This document shows, piece by piece, positions 43,721 through 56,395 of a stretch of DNA of 64,000 nucleotides. The position numbers and the translations under genes are program-made. This DNA is from Phoronis australis (Eukaryota > Animalia > Phoronida), in contig NMRA01000223.1 in the NCBI GenBank assembly GCA_002633005.1, forward strand, positions 593,689 through 657,688. The letters are read 5' to 3'. The notes beneath the pieces are model-generated. The model was given only the letters and a program-made list of their open reading frames with translations. It was not told the DNA's origin and did no database searches. The stretch's first letter is position 1, and every line of letters begins with the position of its first letter.

Positions 43721-45543
43721 TAAAAATCCAATTCTACATGCTCCCTGCTTTCCGAAAATAAACGTTTTTACTGAATTAAAATATTATTTCGTACATATTT
43801 TTCTAAACACCTAACCTTTACAATAGGGATCCTACATAACCTGTAATAAGTTATTAAAAAATTCCATGCAGAGTCAAGTAGTCGAGTTTTGTGGAAGGAG
43901 AGCGATTTAAGATTACGGAAACATAAACGTCTGCAATCATTATAAACATTACTTGAGACCTGTGACCTGTATAATAGAACTATGTGCAGTTCTCTCTAAT
44001 TAGGTGAGGTAGGATGAACAAAAAAAGCCGTCCAAACAATCTAACTAGCTTATGCTTCAGTCAAATCAAACTCGTTCTCAGGACAACCGGCAACTCTGGC
44101 TAAATTGGTTCTCACACGTTCTTACAGTTTTCAAGATCGCATTGAGAACCACATCGGTATGACTGGGTCCCAGCAAAGATGAACTTTCTCTCCATTCTTT
44201 TATGTTTGTCTTCGGGACACCAAGCTCAATGAGCTCGTAACTAACGTATATCTCATCAATTTCAAGGCAGATAGTGACACTGGCACGTGATCATGTGACA
44301 CTGGCACGTGATCATATGACCAGGCTGATTTGGATAGAAATAGGAGACCTGTGCTTTGTACCACCAATACAAAATGTTTCTGAACCAGGAGTCCGAACCT
44401 CTTGTGCCAGTCATAACTTTTTACCATTTCTGATGCATTATCTGGAGTTCAATTGAACACAAGGAAGTGATTGCTGATTAAGTTTCTTAGATGTCGTGAC
44501 TTAGTCGAAAATGAACAAACAATTAAACTCAATTTGGAGTCTCAGGCTTCATATTGTGGCCGTAAGCCCAATTTCCAGCTGACTCGAACATGATTTTTGG
44601 GTGTAAACAAACACCTGTCAAAATAGATGTATAATGATCAAACGCCATCACAAGACCTTGCGATGGTAATCAAACTGTATAAAACCAACGGGTGCAGCCC
44701 GGTGACTGGATACTTACTTTTAATTTCATCAATTGCTGATCAATCATGATGAAGTTGCAAACTTTCCTGTTGATCCTATCTGTGTTGTTACCGTCCAACC
44801 TTGAAGGGTAAGTAAAATAAGGAAACTCTGGTCCAATGGTACATCTCTGCTGAAATTTGCAGGTCCTGAAATCCGAGAGTTTTGGAATTTGTGTGTCTCG
44901 TACGTATAACAACATTTCTGGGACAAAAAATCTGCTTGTTATCGTCTGCAGCGACTTTCTACTCAACAAGCAGCGCTATCTGTAAAGGCCATAATTTTGT
45001 TTGGTAATTTGGTTGTAGATTTTTTTCTCAATACAGCGAGTTTGGTTTTTTGATGAAACACGATGCCACCCGGCGTCGACCGAATGGCTCAGTGGGAAAA
45101 TTTACAGTCGCTAACTTGCGTTATAAAAGATATAGGCGTCAATTAGCTTAATCTTCGTGTAAAATAACTTATGAAGTAGACATTCAATTTGCCTCGGCTA
45201 GATAAATAGAAATATCTTTACATTATTTTATACAATCATGCGTTATTTCTTTGAGGGCAAGTTTCCCAAACTAAGAAATCAAATAGAACAGCAGCGTGTT
45301 GCATGAATCAGTCTCAGATAAAAACTTTGTTGTCCAAATTTTCAGCGCATCTTTGGGCTTTGTGCAAACACCGAGTGCCTTTTCCGCTATTGTATCTTCA
45401 TTCCTATGTCAAATTCTAGCTTTGATGCATCACGAGAGTAAATTCTACTTAAAAATTTTAAAGGCAATGAAAATCAACAGAACTTCTTATGCAACTACAA
45501 CGTCCTTAATTTCAATAGAATAAAAGTTAAGTATCAAGTGAAT

Positions 45544-48500
45544 GGGGCTATTCGGAGAATTCTCCTCGGGGTGTCGCTGCTGTACTAGTGGTGATTGAAT
45601 TGCGCATGCGTGGCTATCTGCATGTAAACAACTGGTAAAAGATGGAATTTTTATCAAAATACGTCGTCGCGCTAAGCCTTATTACTGCTAATTTCCGTGG
45701 TGCAAGTCTTCGACAGGTGGCCACAAATTCCCAAAAGACCTAAGGTTACTATATTTGTGGACAATTGCGGTCAACAGGGTCAACTAACTGACAAAAAGTG
45801 TGTGGATGCTGAAGCCCCGTGTGTGCTCTATGACTATGCAGTTCCCGGCATTCGGAGACTACACAACATTACTTGGTAAGTTTTAGCAATCAGTTTCTAT
45901 CAACATTGTTCGGTGATGTTGTACCCACCAGTTACCCCACTGAATAACAGGTTTGTTGAGTGGAACTAAGTGTTTCTTTTTGGAAACTCACCCGATGCCG
46001 GGTAGGCTAGCAGCACATATTCATATTGTCCTGGGTGGGAGTGCTCCCAAAATAAGAGGTGTGTGGTACGTGATGCACAGAAGTCAATAGTGACTTTTTC
46101 ACAGCAGTTTCCCTTCAAAGCTATGCTGTTTCCAATAAAATTCTCTAGATGAGTGAGTTTCCTTATTTTATCATGGACCCCACCCCCAGGACCACCAGCT
46201 CAGTTATCAAATTAACATGAATAAGCCTCAATTCAGTAAATGTCCTAACATTGCATTGGAAAAAATTGCTTGTTGAGATCAGAAGCACATTTTAAGTGTC
46301 ATGAAAAATACATATTGTTAAATCACTTTTAGCCAGTTTCACATATTTTAATTCAGATATTAAATAAGACTTGGGTACAAAGGTTATTAGTTTCTACACA
46401 TAAACATGAAGATGAAATGTCAAGTATGTTCTGCCTTACAAAAGTAGTTTTGTCTTGTCTTTTCTTTTACAATTTCCTAATATTTCTATTCTGTTACAGG
46501 CGAGAAAAAACAACTGAAACCAACCGCCTGACCATCTATTTCACCGTTGGACAAAGTGAAAAGCAATCCTTCAGCAATAACCTGAGAGAATTGAATGTAA
46601 TTCAGAAATTCATCACCTGATATGCCTGATTATGGACTCCCTCGCAATGTTGTTTCTTTCTGTGCTTTTTCAGTTTGCCATTTGTTTTAAATACATTGAT
46701 AATTGTTTATTCTCGAATCTTGTGCATAGCAGATTCTTATCCAGCTAGCTACAATTGAAAACATACAATAAGACAATCGATGCAGTCACTGAATGTCATT
46801 TCCCCATAATCTGTACCAAATCGAAAAGTTTTTACCAATAGTATAAAGCCTTTCTTCTGAAAGGAAAATTTAATGTCACTCAGCTTTTGGCTTTCATTTC
46901 ACTGGGTTCTAGTTTCAATGGCCTATAGAAGCGCATCAAGCGCTTGTAAAAAAGGTCCAGTTTCAACACGTGGCTTTCTTTCATGTAACCTCGTTCAACC
47001 TCAATAACATCCACAATTAGACCCTTGAAGGTAAACACAGCAGCATATGACTTGAATCGTTTTGAGCCCAAAACAGACTCTGAACTAGACCAGAGTGTGA
47101 CTAGGTCTTCTTTAGCTTCAGTCCCTCATGTTTCTTCCAGAAAGGAAATAAGCTATTGTCCACACATGACTCATTGCCTATGAAAGGGCATCCTCACCAA
47201 CAAGGCTTATTTGCGTAGCAGTCAGATATAGTTCGTCTGGATACACAGACAGTCCACTGGCACATTGTCTTATGGTAACTTAGTACTGCGATTCACATTT
47301 CTCCAGGGCCACTGACTTGCACATTGTGCCATGCAGCACTGCTGGTGTGTGGCAGTGCTGTGGGAAGAGTACGGAGTAACAAAGCTTGTCTATGATACAG
47401 CTTGAAGTGGCCTTAAAACGTCACTGAACCTGGAACAAATATTGAAATATGAATAATTAAGTACTCCAGATTGGATCAAAAATGATGTTATCCCTGTTTT
47501 TCAAAAATGTATGGCGATTGGTCTACAGTTTCACATAAAAGTAAATAATTACTATTTTCAGAAACCAAGGGTGTATATAATGAGTATTGCATAAAACTGT
47601 GTCTTTATTTTTTATCCCTAGCCATAACAATTCTTTAAACGCATCACTTGTCTGTAAAATATACAAGTTTTTTGAGACAACTTCAAACCTTTGTTACCCA
47701 TTTTCAAGCCTTTTTAATTTTGATACTTTCAGCAATTTTAAACTCAGATTACACGTTCATGGGTCTGTCAAGCATACTTCTAGCCTAAGGTTGAGGGAAC
47801 CGTTTTTCTTCTAATAGAAGATATGAAGACTTGGGTCATTCATTTAAAAATGATGGATAATCTTTCTGTTGTTTAAGAGTATTTACAAATCGTAAGGCAC
47901 CATCAAAAATGCAATTTTCACAAAAATGGCAGTCACTTGAATTTATAACCACTTGCAACATTTCAAGGCATGAGTTAAGACTATTCAGTCATTTTGAATT
48001 CGGAAAATGTAATATATTTTCGTGGTTTTACAATTGATACAAGTAGCAAAACAGTTTCATGAAATCAACTTGAAGGGACTTCGTGAAGGTTAAGAATTAC
48101 CTCACCATGCTCTTTTCCCCAAACATGTATTACCTGTTATTTCCACACATTCAGTTGTACCAAATATTACAACCCCCCATGCCAATCCCCCCTCAGAGGA
48201 CCTGAATAAGTAATTTAACAAAATGACTTTAAAAATAGCTGTTCCTTTTCAAAGGCTTTGTTCGTTGTCTCCAATATTGAAAGTAGGCTTTGACAACAGA
48301 TCTGCACTGGATGGGAAGATCTTGTTGGTTATCTGCAGTCAAATGCTAAAAACCAATTTTTGTCCGTTCAGGGACGATGCAGAAGCGATGCATATCTCCT
48401 CTGCACGGTACAAGCCTTCAAACCTAAAAACCAAAGGTTACGCGAAAACTGACGTGATAGATTTCCATTTCAACGTGTAATAGATTTCCAGAAGACATAT

Positions 48501-49055
48501 GATAGGGAGTAAACAAATACTAGTCTAATGCAATGGATATTTATCACTCACGTACCCTTTGCCATTGGGATTGGATTGTAATCTTAACTCATTAAGCTGT
48601 ATCGAGTTGACAGCATAAATACTCAGCATTGATTGATGTAACTGTCACTGATAAACTTTTAGAAATCATTCCAAACAATAATAATGCTTTGATGTACGAA
48701 AAAACCCCGATTGCTACGTCAAGTATCGTATCACATATCACAACATACAAAGATTAACCAGACTCTGGCTGGCGACTGACTGCCGCGAAGTCGACATCGG
48801 CGAGCGCCTCAGTTAACAGGCATTGGTAGAATAATCATGGAATAATCGTTAAAATAATCACAAACCTTACCTTTGTATGAGGTCATGCTTACTTCCTCTC
48901 ATAGAAACACCCTTTTCACGCAATCTCAGATTTAGTTGGCACGGCTGCAAGCCATTTCACCATGTATTTAAAGGGCTCGCGAAATCGAGGCTGTTAATCT
49001 ATCACCACTAGTACACGCACGCCCTCTAGTTATGGTAGATTTTCCGAATAGCCCC
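45544..49055. mobile_element. ISL2EU-type (PIF/Harbinger-related) DNA transposon, decayed, copy 1
   Basis: TIR GGGGCTATTCGGA...TCCGAATAGCCCC, AT TSD, and subterminal inverted GTACTAGTGGTGAT / ATCACCACTAGTAC. + strand transposase-like remnant PKIRGV../CTEV (~46046-46085). - strand YqaJ-like exonuclease remnant TPAVLHG..SGLSVYPDELYLTAT..LVGED..LKLKKT..VFTFKGL..KLDLFY (~47430-46880) with stops. Confidence 0.85.
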
Positions 49056-49563
49056 ATTGTTACGAAATATCATGAATAAAAGAAGAGCTTATAACAAACC
49101 TAAATTGAGTGTAAAAAATAAAATCGGTGAACAAATAGTCCAAAAATGTGCAAAAATTTTAGGTAATGTTATGCAATACCTGTCTGGAACTGTTTCATGC
49201 AACCGCCACATTTGCTTGTAACAGTGTTTCCTAAAATCTAGTAAAGAATTTCGTCTTACCAACGTTCCACACGACTATGTCCTCGAAATAATTTATTGTG
49301 AATGAAGAAAAATAAAGGGAATATATCCCAAATCATTAATTCATCACATATGGAAGCCTAACTATTCAGTGCCACCATACAGTGTATGTCCAGTTTAGCT
49401 AGTTCATTCAATTATTTTCTTATTGTTGTTCCCAATAATCCAAATGGTTCATATCACATTATCACGCATCTCATTATCACGCCTTGAAATTAACCGGACA
49501 CTATCGTTTTTTTTGGCATTTTGTAGTCATTGTTGGATGGAGTGGACTTCTTGAAGATATTAA

Positions 49564-51250
49564 AGGAGCATGCCACCCAAAACAACCTAATTTGTATTAA
49601 TTTAGATCGTGTAGTTCTACTCCGTAATGACACGTACGGTTGAGTTACCTGACACCTGACGGCAGAGGGAGGTGTTGAACTTATCCAATGACGTCATCGG
49701 TTTCACACGCAGTCTGCTCAGCAGTTCACAACACGGGTTACTGGTGTCAGCTTATCGCATGAATTCATCGTTTAACACCAATAAATCACCAAACTTCGAT
49801 GAAAAACCCTTAAAAATACACCGAGTTCTTATAAAAACGTGTTGCTTTATTTCACTCATACGGATTTATTGGTATTTGGACACACCGTAGCCTACAAAGT
49901 TCAGCAGGCCAATAAGGTCCGTAGCAGGAGTTTGGGGTCTGTTCGGAGATAATTTCGAAGTATTTCCGTGAGATACAGACAAGAGAACCTAGATCTGTGT
50001 TGTTTAGACTTGTGATTTTTTGAGTTCTAAACACAAAACGCTTGTTATCCTGGCCAGTGGCTCGGAGCCCGATCAGGTCCGTAGCGGCCGGCCGGATTGA
50101 CTCGTTATCCCGGCCAGTGGCTCGGAAACTGATCAGACATCACGAACATAAACCAGCCAAAGTTCAGTGGAAACTAAACTTCCAGTCAAGAAAATACTAT
50201 ACTAGTGAGCCAAAGAAGAAATGTGCACGTGATTATGTTTGGTGAATTAGCCACGAAACTGCAAATCTACTTACTCGTCGGGGGCCGCGAATTCAGAGGT
50301 TCCGCTTTGGCCACAGCACCGTCAGGGCAGAAGTTGTACATTGACAATCATTATTTGAGTAATGCAAGTGTAAATAAAGATTCCCCTAACACCTGACCGT
50401 GGGATGGAAATCCAGTTGTTTCACAACAGTTTCTGCCAGCAAACACTAAATTAGCATGAGCTCACACGGCCTCGGTGTACAGTCAATTACTTTTATTGCC
50501 CCTAGGTAAAGCCGGTAACGCAGTGATTTATTCATTGCTGGCTTCTCAAATCATTTGCACTCACTAACACTTCAAAGGCATTACAAATTGCATCTAATGA
50601 GACAGACTTTGTTTCAGTTTTATATAAGTATTGGTTAGGGTGAGAATAATTTATTTTGAAACAGAACGCTCAGTATAATAAACGCCAATGAATATGGCAA
50701 CTCGCAATCCCGACTTAGGACGAGCTAGAGCTCATCAGTCCCGACTTCGCAGGTGGATCGTTAAGTTTTACAGGCTATCAATTCGAACAGGAATACAGTG
50801 ATGAAGAAATACTAGAGAGGCGCCGTGAACAAGCTCAGACAACGGAACGTATGGAGTTATTTGGTAAGCCGGCATTCGTCAGGCACTGTTGACGTCTGCA
50901 GGCCAGACACGGAGATGTTTCACGGTCTCATACTTGCTATTTACAGCGTGCATTTCATTCTTCACCACCATGAGCAACTTCCTAAGCATTTCGGACTCTC
51001 GAGGAAGTAAAAAAACGATATACCCGATTTCCTTGCAGCTGCTTAGTTCGCACCAGCGGGAACGATGCACCGCAACATAGCGGCATTCACTCTGCATATA
51101 AACCACTGACGTCGCTAGCGTCGTTTCTCACCTTCCCCACAGGTTAACGCGACACTTCTTGGCAAGGTAAGGTCGACCGTATGCGAGGCGATGTGGATAT
51201 AGACCGATTAAGACGGCAAAAAGACTAATGAAATCGGGTGGCATTCTTCT
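49564..51250. mobile_element. Non-autonomous Kolobok-like DNA transposon (TTAA TSD)
   Basis: TTAA|AGGAGCATGCCACCC...GGGTGGCATTCTTCT|TTAA. Minus-strand THAP-like remnant MLRCIVP../GYIVFLLPRESEMLRKLL..KHLRV (~51078-50895) is convergent with + strand GYQFEQEYSDEE (~50772-50810). Confidence 0.8.
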
Positions 51251-51902
51251 TTAACTTTGACTAGAGCTATAAAACAACAAAATACACTGTGTTTTTGTGA
51301 TTTAATTACAAATAGCCAAATCTCGCCAGTTGTTTGCCTGATAGTAGCTGAAATCAAGGCCAATGAAAGTACCACTTAAATTTGCTTAAAATTCTGTGTC
51401 ATTTATTAACTGGGGTTTAGTTCCGCTAGCTGCCAATGGGAGCGTTTGGCAGCTACAGTATAGCAGATCCGATTCCGCGCTGAGGCTGATCTCAGAATAT
51501 CACTTTTCTTGCCGATGAGTCCCTTTACTTGAAGGGGAGCTAAGGATGCATAGTCTACGGTCCCTGTTTATGAAGGAACCTCTTGGCAGAAAGTGTCATC
51601 ACTTGACTGACTGCTTGCTTTTCATCGCTGAGGAAACCAGTCGGTTAATCATTTGGTTCAATTCGCTGGCACGCAGTGAGGTCTTGAGCCCGTAAGACGC
51701 ACGTAAAATAAAATCAAACAGACTGAATACGGACTACCACGTAGTGATGAAGAAAACATAAAGTTCAAAGTTCATTAGATGTGGCAGTCAAATATGAGCC
51801 TAGCAACCTTGCATTCTAGTCCGTTGGCTAAGTGGGCTGTGTGCAGCTTGGTAGGGACTAGTGAAGTCCGAGTGACTGGCCACACCTCTTATGTCAGTCA
51901 AT

Positions 51903-54900
51903 GGGGCTATTCGGAGAATTCTCCTCGCGGTGTCGCTGCTGTACTAGTGGTGATTGAAATGCGCATGCGTGGCTGTCTGCATGTAAACAACTGGGAAAAG
52001 ATGGAATTTTCATCAAAATACGTCGTCGCGCTAAGCCTTATTACTGCTAATTTCCGTGGTGCAAGTCTTCGACAGGTGACCACAAATTCCCAACAGACCT
52101 AAGGTTACTATATTCGTGGATAATTTCGGTCAACAGGGTCAACTAACTGACAAAAAGTGTGTGGATACTGAAGCCCCGTGTGTGCTCTATGACTCATACC
52201 GACTAAGCAGTTCCATTCGGAGACTACACAACATTACTTGGTAAGTTTTTAGCAATCAGTGTCTATCAACATCGTTCGGTGATGTTATCCCCACCAGTTA
52301 CCCCACTGAATAACAGTTTTATTGAGTGGAACTAAGTGTTTCTTTTTGGAAACTCACCCGATGCCGGGTAGGCTAGCAGCACATATTCATATTGTCCTGG
52401 GTGGGAGTGCTCCCAAAATAAGAGGTGTATGGTACGTGATGCACAGAAGTCCGAAGAGTGACTTTTTCACAGCAGTTTCTCTTCAAAACTATGCTGTTTA
52501 CAATAAAATTCTCTAGATGAGTGAGTTTCCTTATTTTATTGCGGACCCCACCCCCAGGACCACCAGCTCAGTTATAGAATTAACATGAATAAGCCTTAAT
52601 TCAGTAAATGTCGTAACATTGCATTGGAAAAAAATTGACACCTAGAATGAATTTTACTTGTTGAGATCAGAAACACATTTTAAGTGTCATGAAAAATACA
52701 CATTGTTAAATCACTTTTAGCCTGTTTCACATATTTTAATTCAGATATTAAATAAGACTTGGGTACAAAGGTTATAATTTTCTACACATAAACATGAAGA
52801 TGAAATGTCAAGTATGTTCTGCCTTACAAAAGTAGTTTTGTCTTGTCTTTTCTTTTACAATTTGCTAATATTTCTATTCTGTTACAGGCAAGAAAAAACA
52901 ACTGAAACCAACCGCCTGACCATCTATTTCACCGTTGGACAAAGTGAAAAGCAATCCTTCAGCAATAACCTGAGAGAATTGAACGTAATTCAGAAATTCA
53001 GCACCTGATATGCCTGATTATGGACTCCCTCGCAATGTTGTTTCTTTCTGTGCTTTTTCAGTTTGCCATTTGTTTTTAAATACACTGATAATTGTTTATT
53101 CTCGAATCTTGTGCATAGCAGATTCTTATCCAGCTAGCTACAATTGAAAACATACAATAAGACAATCGATGCAGTCACTGAATGTCATTTCCCCATAATC
53201 TGTACCAAATTGAAAAGTTTTTACCAATAGTATAAAGCCTTTCTTCTGAAAGGAAAATTTAATGTCACTCAGCTTTTGGCTTTCATTTCACTGGGTTCTA
53301 GTTTCAATGGCCTATAGAAGCGCTTGTAAAAAAGGTCCAGTTTCAACACGTGGCTTTCTTTCATGTAACCTCATTCAGCCTCAATAACATCCACAATTAG
53401 ACCCTTGAAGGTAAACACAGCAGCATATCACTTGAATCGTTTTGAGCCCAAAATCAGACTCTGAACTAGACCAGAGTGTGACTAGGTCTTCTTTAGCTTC
53501 AGTCCCTCATGTTTCTTACAGGAAAGGAAATAAGCTATTGTCCACACATGACTCATTGCCTGTGAAAGGGCATCCTCACCAACAAGTCTTTTTTGTGTAG
53601 CAGTCAGATATAGTTCGTCTGGATACACAGACACTCCACTGGCACATTGTCTTACGGAAACTTAGTACTGCGATTAACATTTCTCCAGGGCCACTGACTT
53701 GCACATTGTGCCATGCAGCACTGCTGGTGTGTGGAAGTGCTGTGGGAAGAGAACGGAGTAACAAAGCTTGTCTATGATACAGCTTGAAGTGGCTTTAAAA
53801 TGTCACTGAACCTGGAACAAATATTGAAATATGAATAATTAAGTACTCCAGATTGGACCAAAAATGTTATCCCTGTTTTTCAAAAATATATGGTGATTGG
53901 TCTACAGTTTCACATAGAAGTAAATATTAATTACTATTTCAGAAACCAAGGGTGTATATAATGAGTATTGCATAAAACTGTGTCTTCATTTTTTATCCCT
54001 AGCCATAACAATTCTTTAAAGGCATCACTTGTCTGTAAAATATACAAGTTTTTTTTGAGACAACTTCAAACCTTTGTTACCCATTTTCAAGCCTTTTTAA
54101 TTTGATACTTTCATCAATTTTAAACTCAGATTACAGGTTCATGGGTCTGTCAAGCACACTTCTAGCCTAAGGTTGAGGGAACCGTTTTTCTTCTAATAGA
54201 AAATATGAAGACTTGGGTCATTTAAAAATGATGGATAATCTTTCTGTTGATTAAGAGTAATTACAAATCGTAAGGCACCATCAAAAATGCAATTTTCACA
54301 AAAATGGCAGTCATTTGAATTTATAACGACTTTCAACATTTCAAGGCATGAGACTATTCAGTCACTGTGAATTCGGAAAATGTAATATATTTTCGTGGTT
54401 TTACAATTATGATTGATACAAGTAGCAAAACAGTTTCATGAAATCAACTTGAAGGGACTTTGTGAAGGTTAAGAATTACCTCACCATGCTCTTTTCCCCA
54501 AGCATGTATTACTTGTTATTTCCACACATTCAGTTGTACCAAATATTACAACCCCCCAATGCCAATCCCCCTCGGGACCTGAATAAGTAATTTAAGAAAA
54601 TGACTTAAAAATAGCTGTTCCTTTTCAAAGGCTTTGTTCGTTGTCTCCAATATTGAAAGTAGGCTTTGACAACAGATCTGCACTGAATGGGAAGATCTTG
54701 TTGGTTAGCTGCAGTCCCGCAAATGCTAAAAACCAATTTTTGTCCATTCAGGGACGGTACAGACGCATATCTCCTCTGCACGGTACAAGCCTTCAAACCT
54801 AAAAACCAAAGGTTACGTGAAAACTGACGTGATAGATTTCCATTTCAACGTGTAATACATTTCCAGAAGACATATGATAGGGAGTAAACAAATAGTCTAA

Positions 54901-55427
54901 TGCAATGGATATTTATCACTCACGTACCCTTTGCCATTGGGATTGGATTGCAATCTTAACTCATTAACCTGTATAGAGTTGACCGCATACACATTCAGCA
55001 TTGATTGATGTAACTGTCACTGATAAACTTTTAGAAATCATTCCAAACAATAATAATGCTTTGATGTACGAAAAGATCCCGACTGCTACGTCAAGTATCG
55101 TATCACATATCACAACATACAAAGATTAACCAGACTCTGGCTGGCGACTGACTGCCGCGAAGTCGACATCGGTGAGTGCCCCAGTTAACAGGCATCGGTA
55201 GAATAATCATGGAATAATCGTTAAAATAATCACAAACCTTACCTTTATATGAGATCGTGCTTACTTCCTCTCATAGAAGCACTCTTTTTACGCAATCTCA
55301 TATTCAGTTGGCACGGCTGCAAGCCATTTCACCATGTATTTAAAGGGCTCGCGAAATCGAGGTTGTTAATCTATCACCACTAGTACATGCACGCCCTCTA
55401 ATTATTGTAGATTTTCCGAATAGCCCC
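51903..55427. mobile_element. ISL2EU-type DNA transposon, decayed, copy 2 (direct orientation to copy 1)
   Basis: Highly similar to 45544-49055 along its length (e.g. ORF 52805-53008 vs 46417-46620); same TIRs and AT TSD, different flanks. Confidence 0.88.
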
Positions 55428-56261
55428 ATTATGATAATACAGAATAGCATCTTCTCAGTAGCCCAGATCGAACACATGCTACTTGAACTTTTACCTTGTT
55501 GTCTCGCTGAATGGAATTTAGAAATGTTTCCTTATCTAGCGTACAACTGTATACCACTCAAACCACTCCCCTGTAAAAATGTTTCATTACAGCGTTCTGT
55601 CGTTAAGTAACTTTTTCAGACGTGAGGGGCTGAAGGTCTCAGTCTTTTGTCCCGTATGATAACAAGCAGGCCAATCATCTCCCAGGCTTCAAAGGAAACG
55701 AGTGGTGGTTGCACGCGCTTACCGAACGCATATTCAGAACACTGTCAAACCCATTGCGTTGGTAATCCGTTTGGACAGAATAGATTGTCTTAAATTTTGT
55801 TGCAGTTGGGCGATTTTGGTAATTCAAAAACGGAACATCATCAGCATTTGACGAGGAATTCAGAAATGCTATTGTTTTAAGCTCAAATATGTTATAACTT
55901 AACTTTCATTCAGCCCAGCTCAGTCAGGCTTGAGTCAGTATATGCAATTATCGAACAAAAGAGCGCAGGCCCTCCAACCCTAAATGCCAGAATGGAGTTA
56001 ATCAGTCGTGTAAGATATGGGCTACGGGGGTAAACTTCCCAACTTATTGTTGGGCTATAGAATCGAACAAGTTGTGAGCAACGGGATGTCGTCGTCATGT
56101 TCGTGTTATGAGCTCCTACCATAATTAACTGTCACGCCATCTAACGTTGAGACAGGGAATCAGCCAGTCGGCTGAGAACAGCCCATATAAACCCTATTCA
56201 CGCCGACAGGAGGCGCGTTCCAAAACGAGACTCGCTACGATAGCTCTGGTGGCTTATCCGC

Positions 56262-56395
56262 GTAGTTGTACTCCGCGTTGCTCGAACAGCTAGAAAAAAT
56301 ACGGACACTCTGATTTACAATCCCTAAGGACGTTGGGATTCGGAAGCGTTGGGTCCTTGCCATACGCTGCGACGAAGGAAAATATGTCCGGGTGT
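56262..56395 (+). pseudogene. Degenerate THAP-domain fragment of a DNA transposon
   Basis: Translates to CTPRCSNS*..//IPKDVGIRKRWVLAIRCDEGKY, matching THAP CxxxxCxN...FPKD..RKxW..AIRRD; contains a stop and a frameshift. Confidence 0.6.

Noticed and set aside
44275-44320. 21-bp tandem duplication GTGACACTGGCACGTGATCAT x2
   Set aside because: Simple local duplication; only two units and no spacers, so not CRISPR-like.
45544-55427. LTR retrotransposon (two long direct repeats flanking an interior)
   Set aside because: Each repeat has its own TIRs and AT TSD, there are no TG...CA ends, and the interior has no gag/pol and is mostly a separate TTAA element.
55620-55720. Possible missing FReD exon (VSVFC ... 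ETSGGCT)
   Set aside because: The pieces are in different frames with stops and no good donor; the similarity is too weak.
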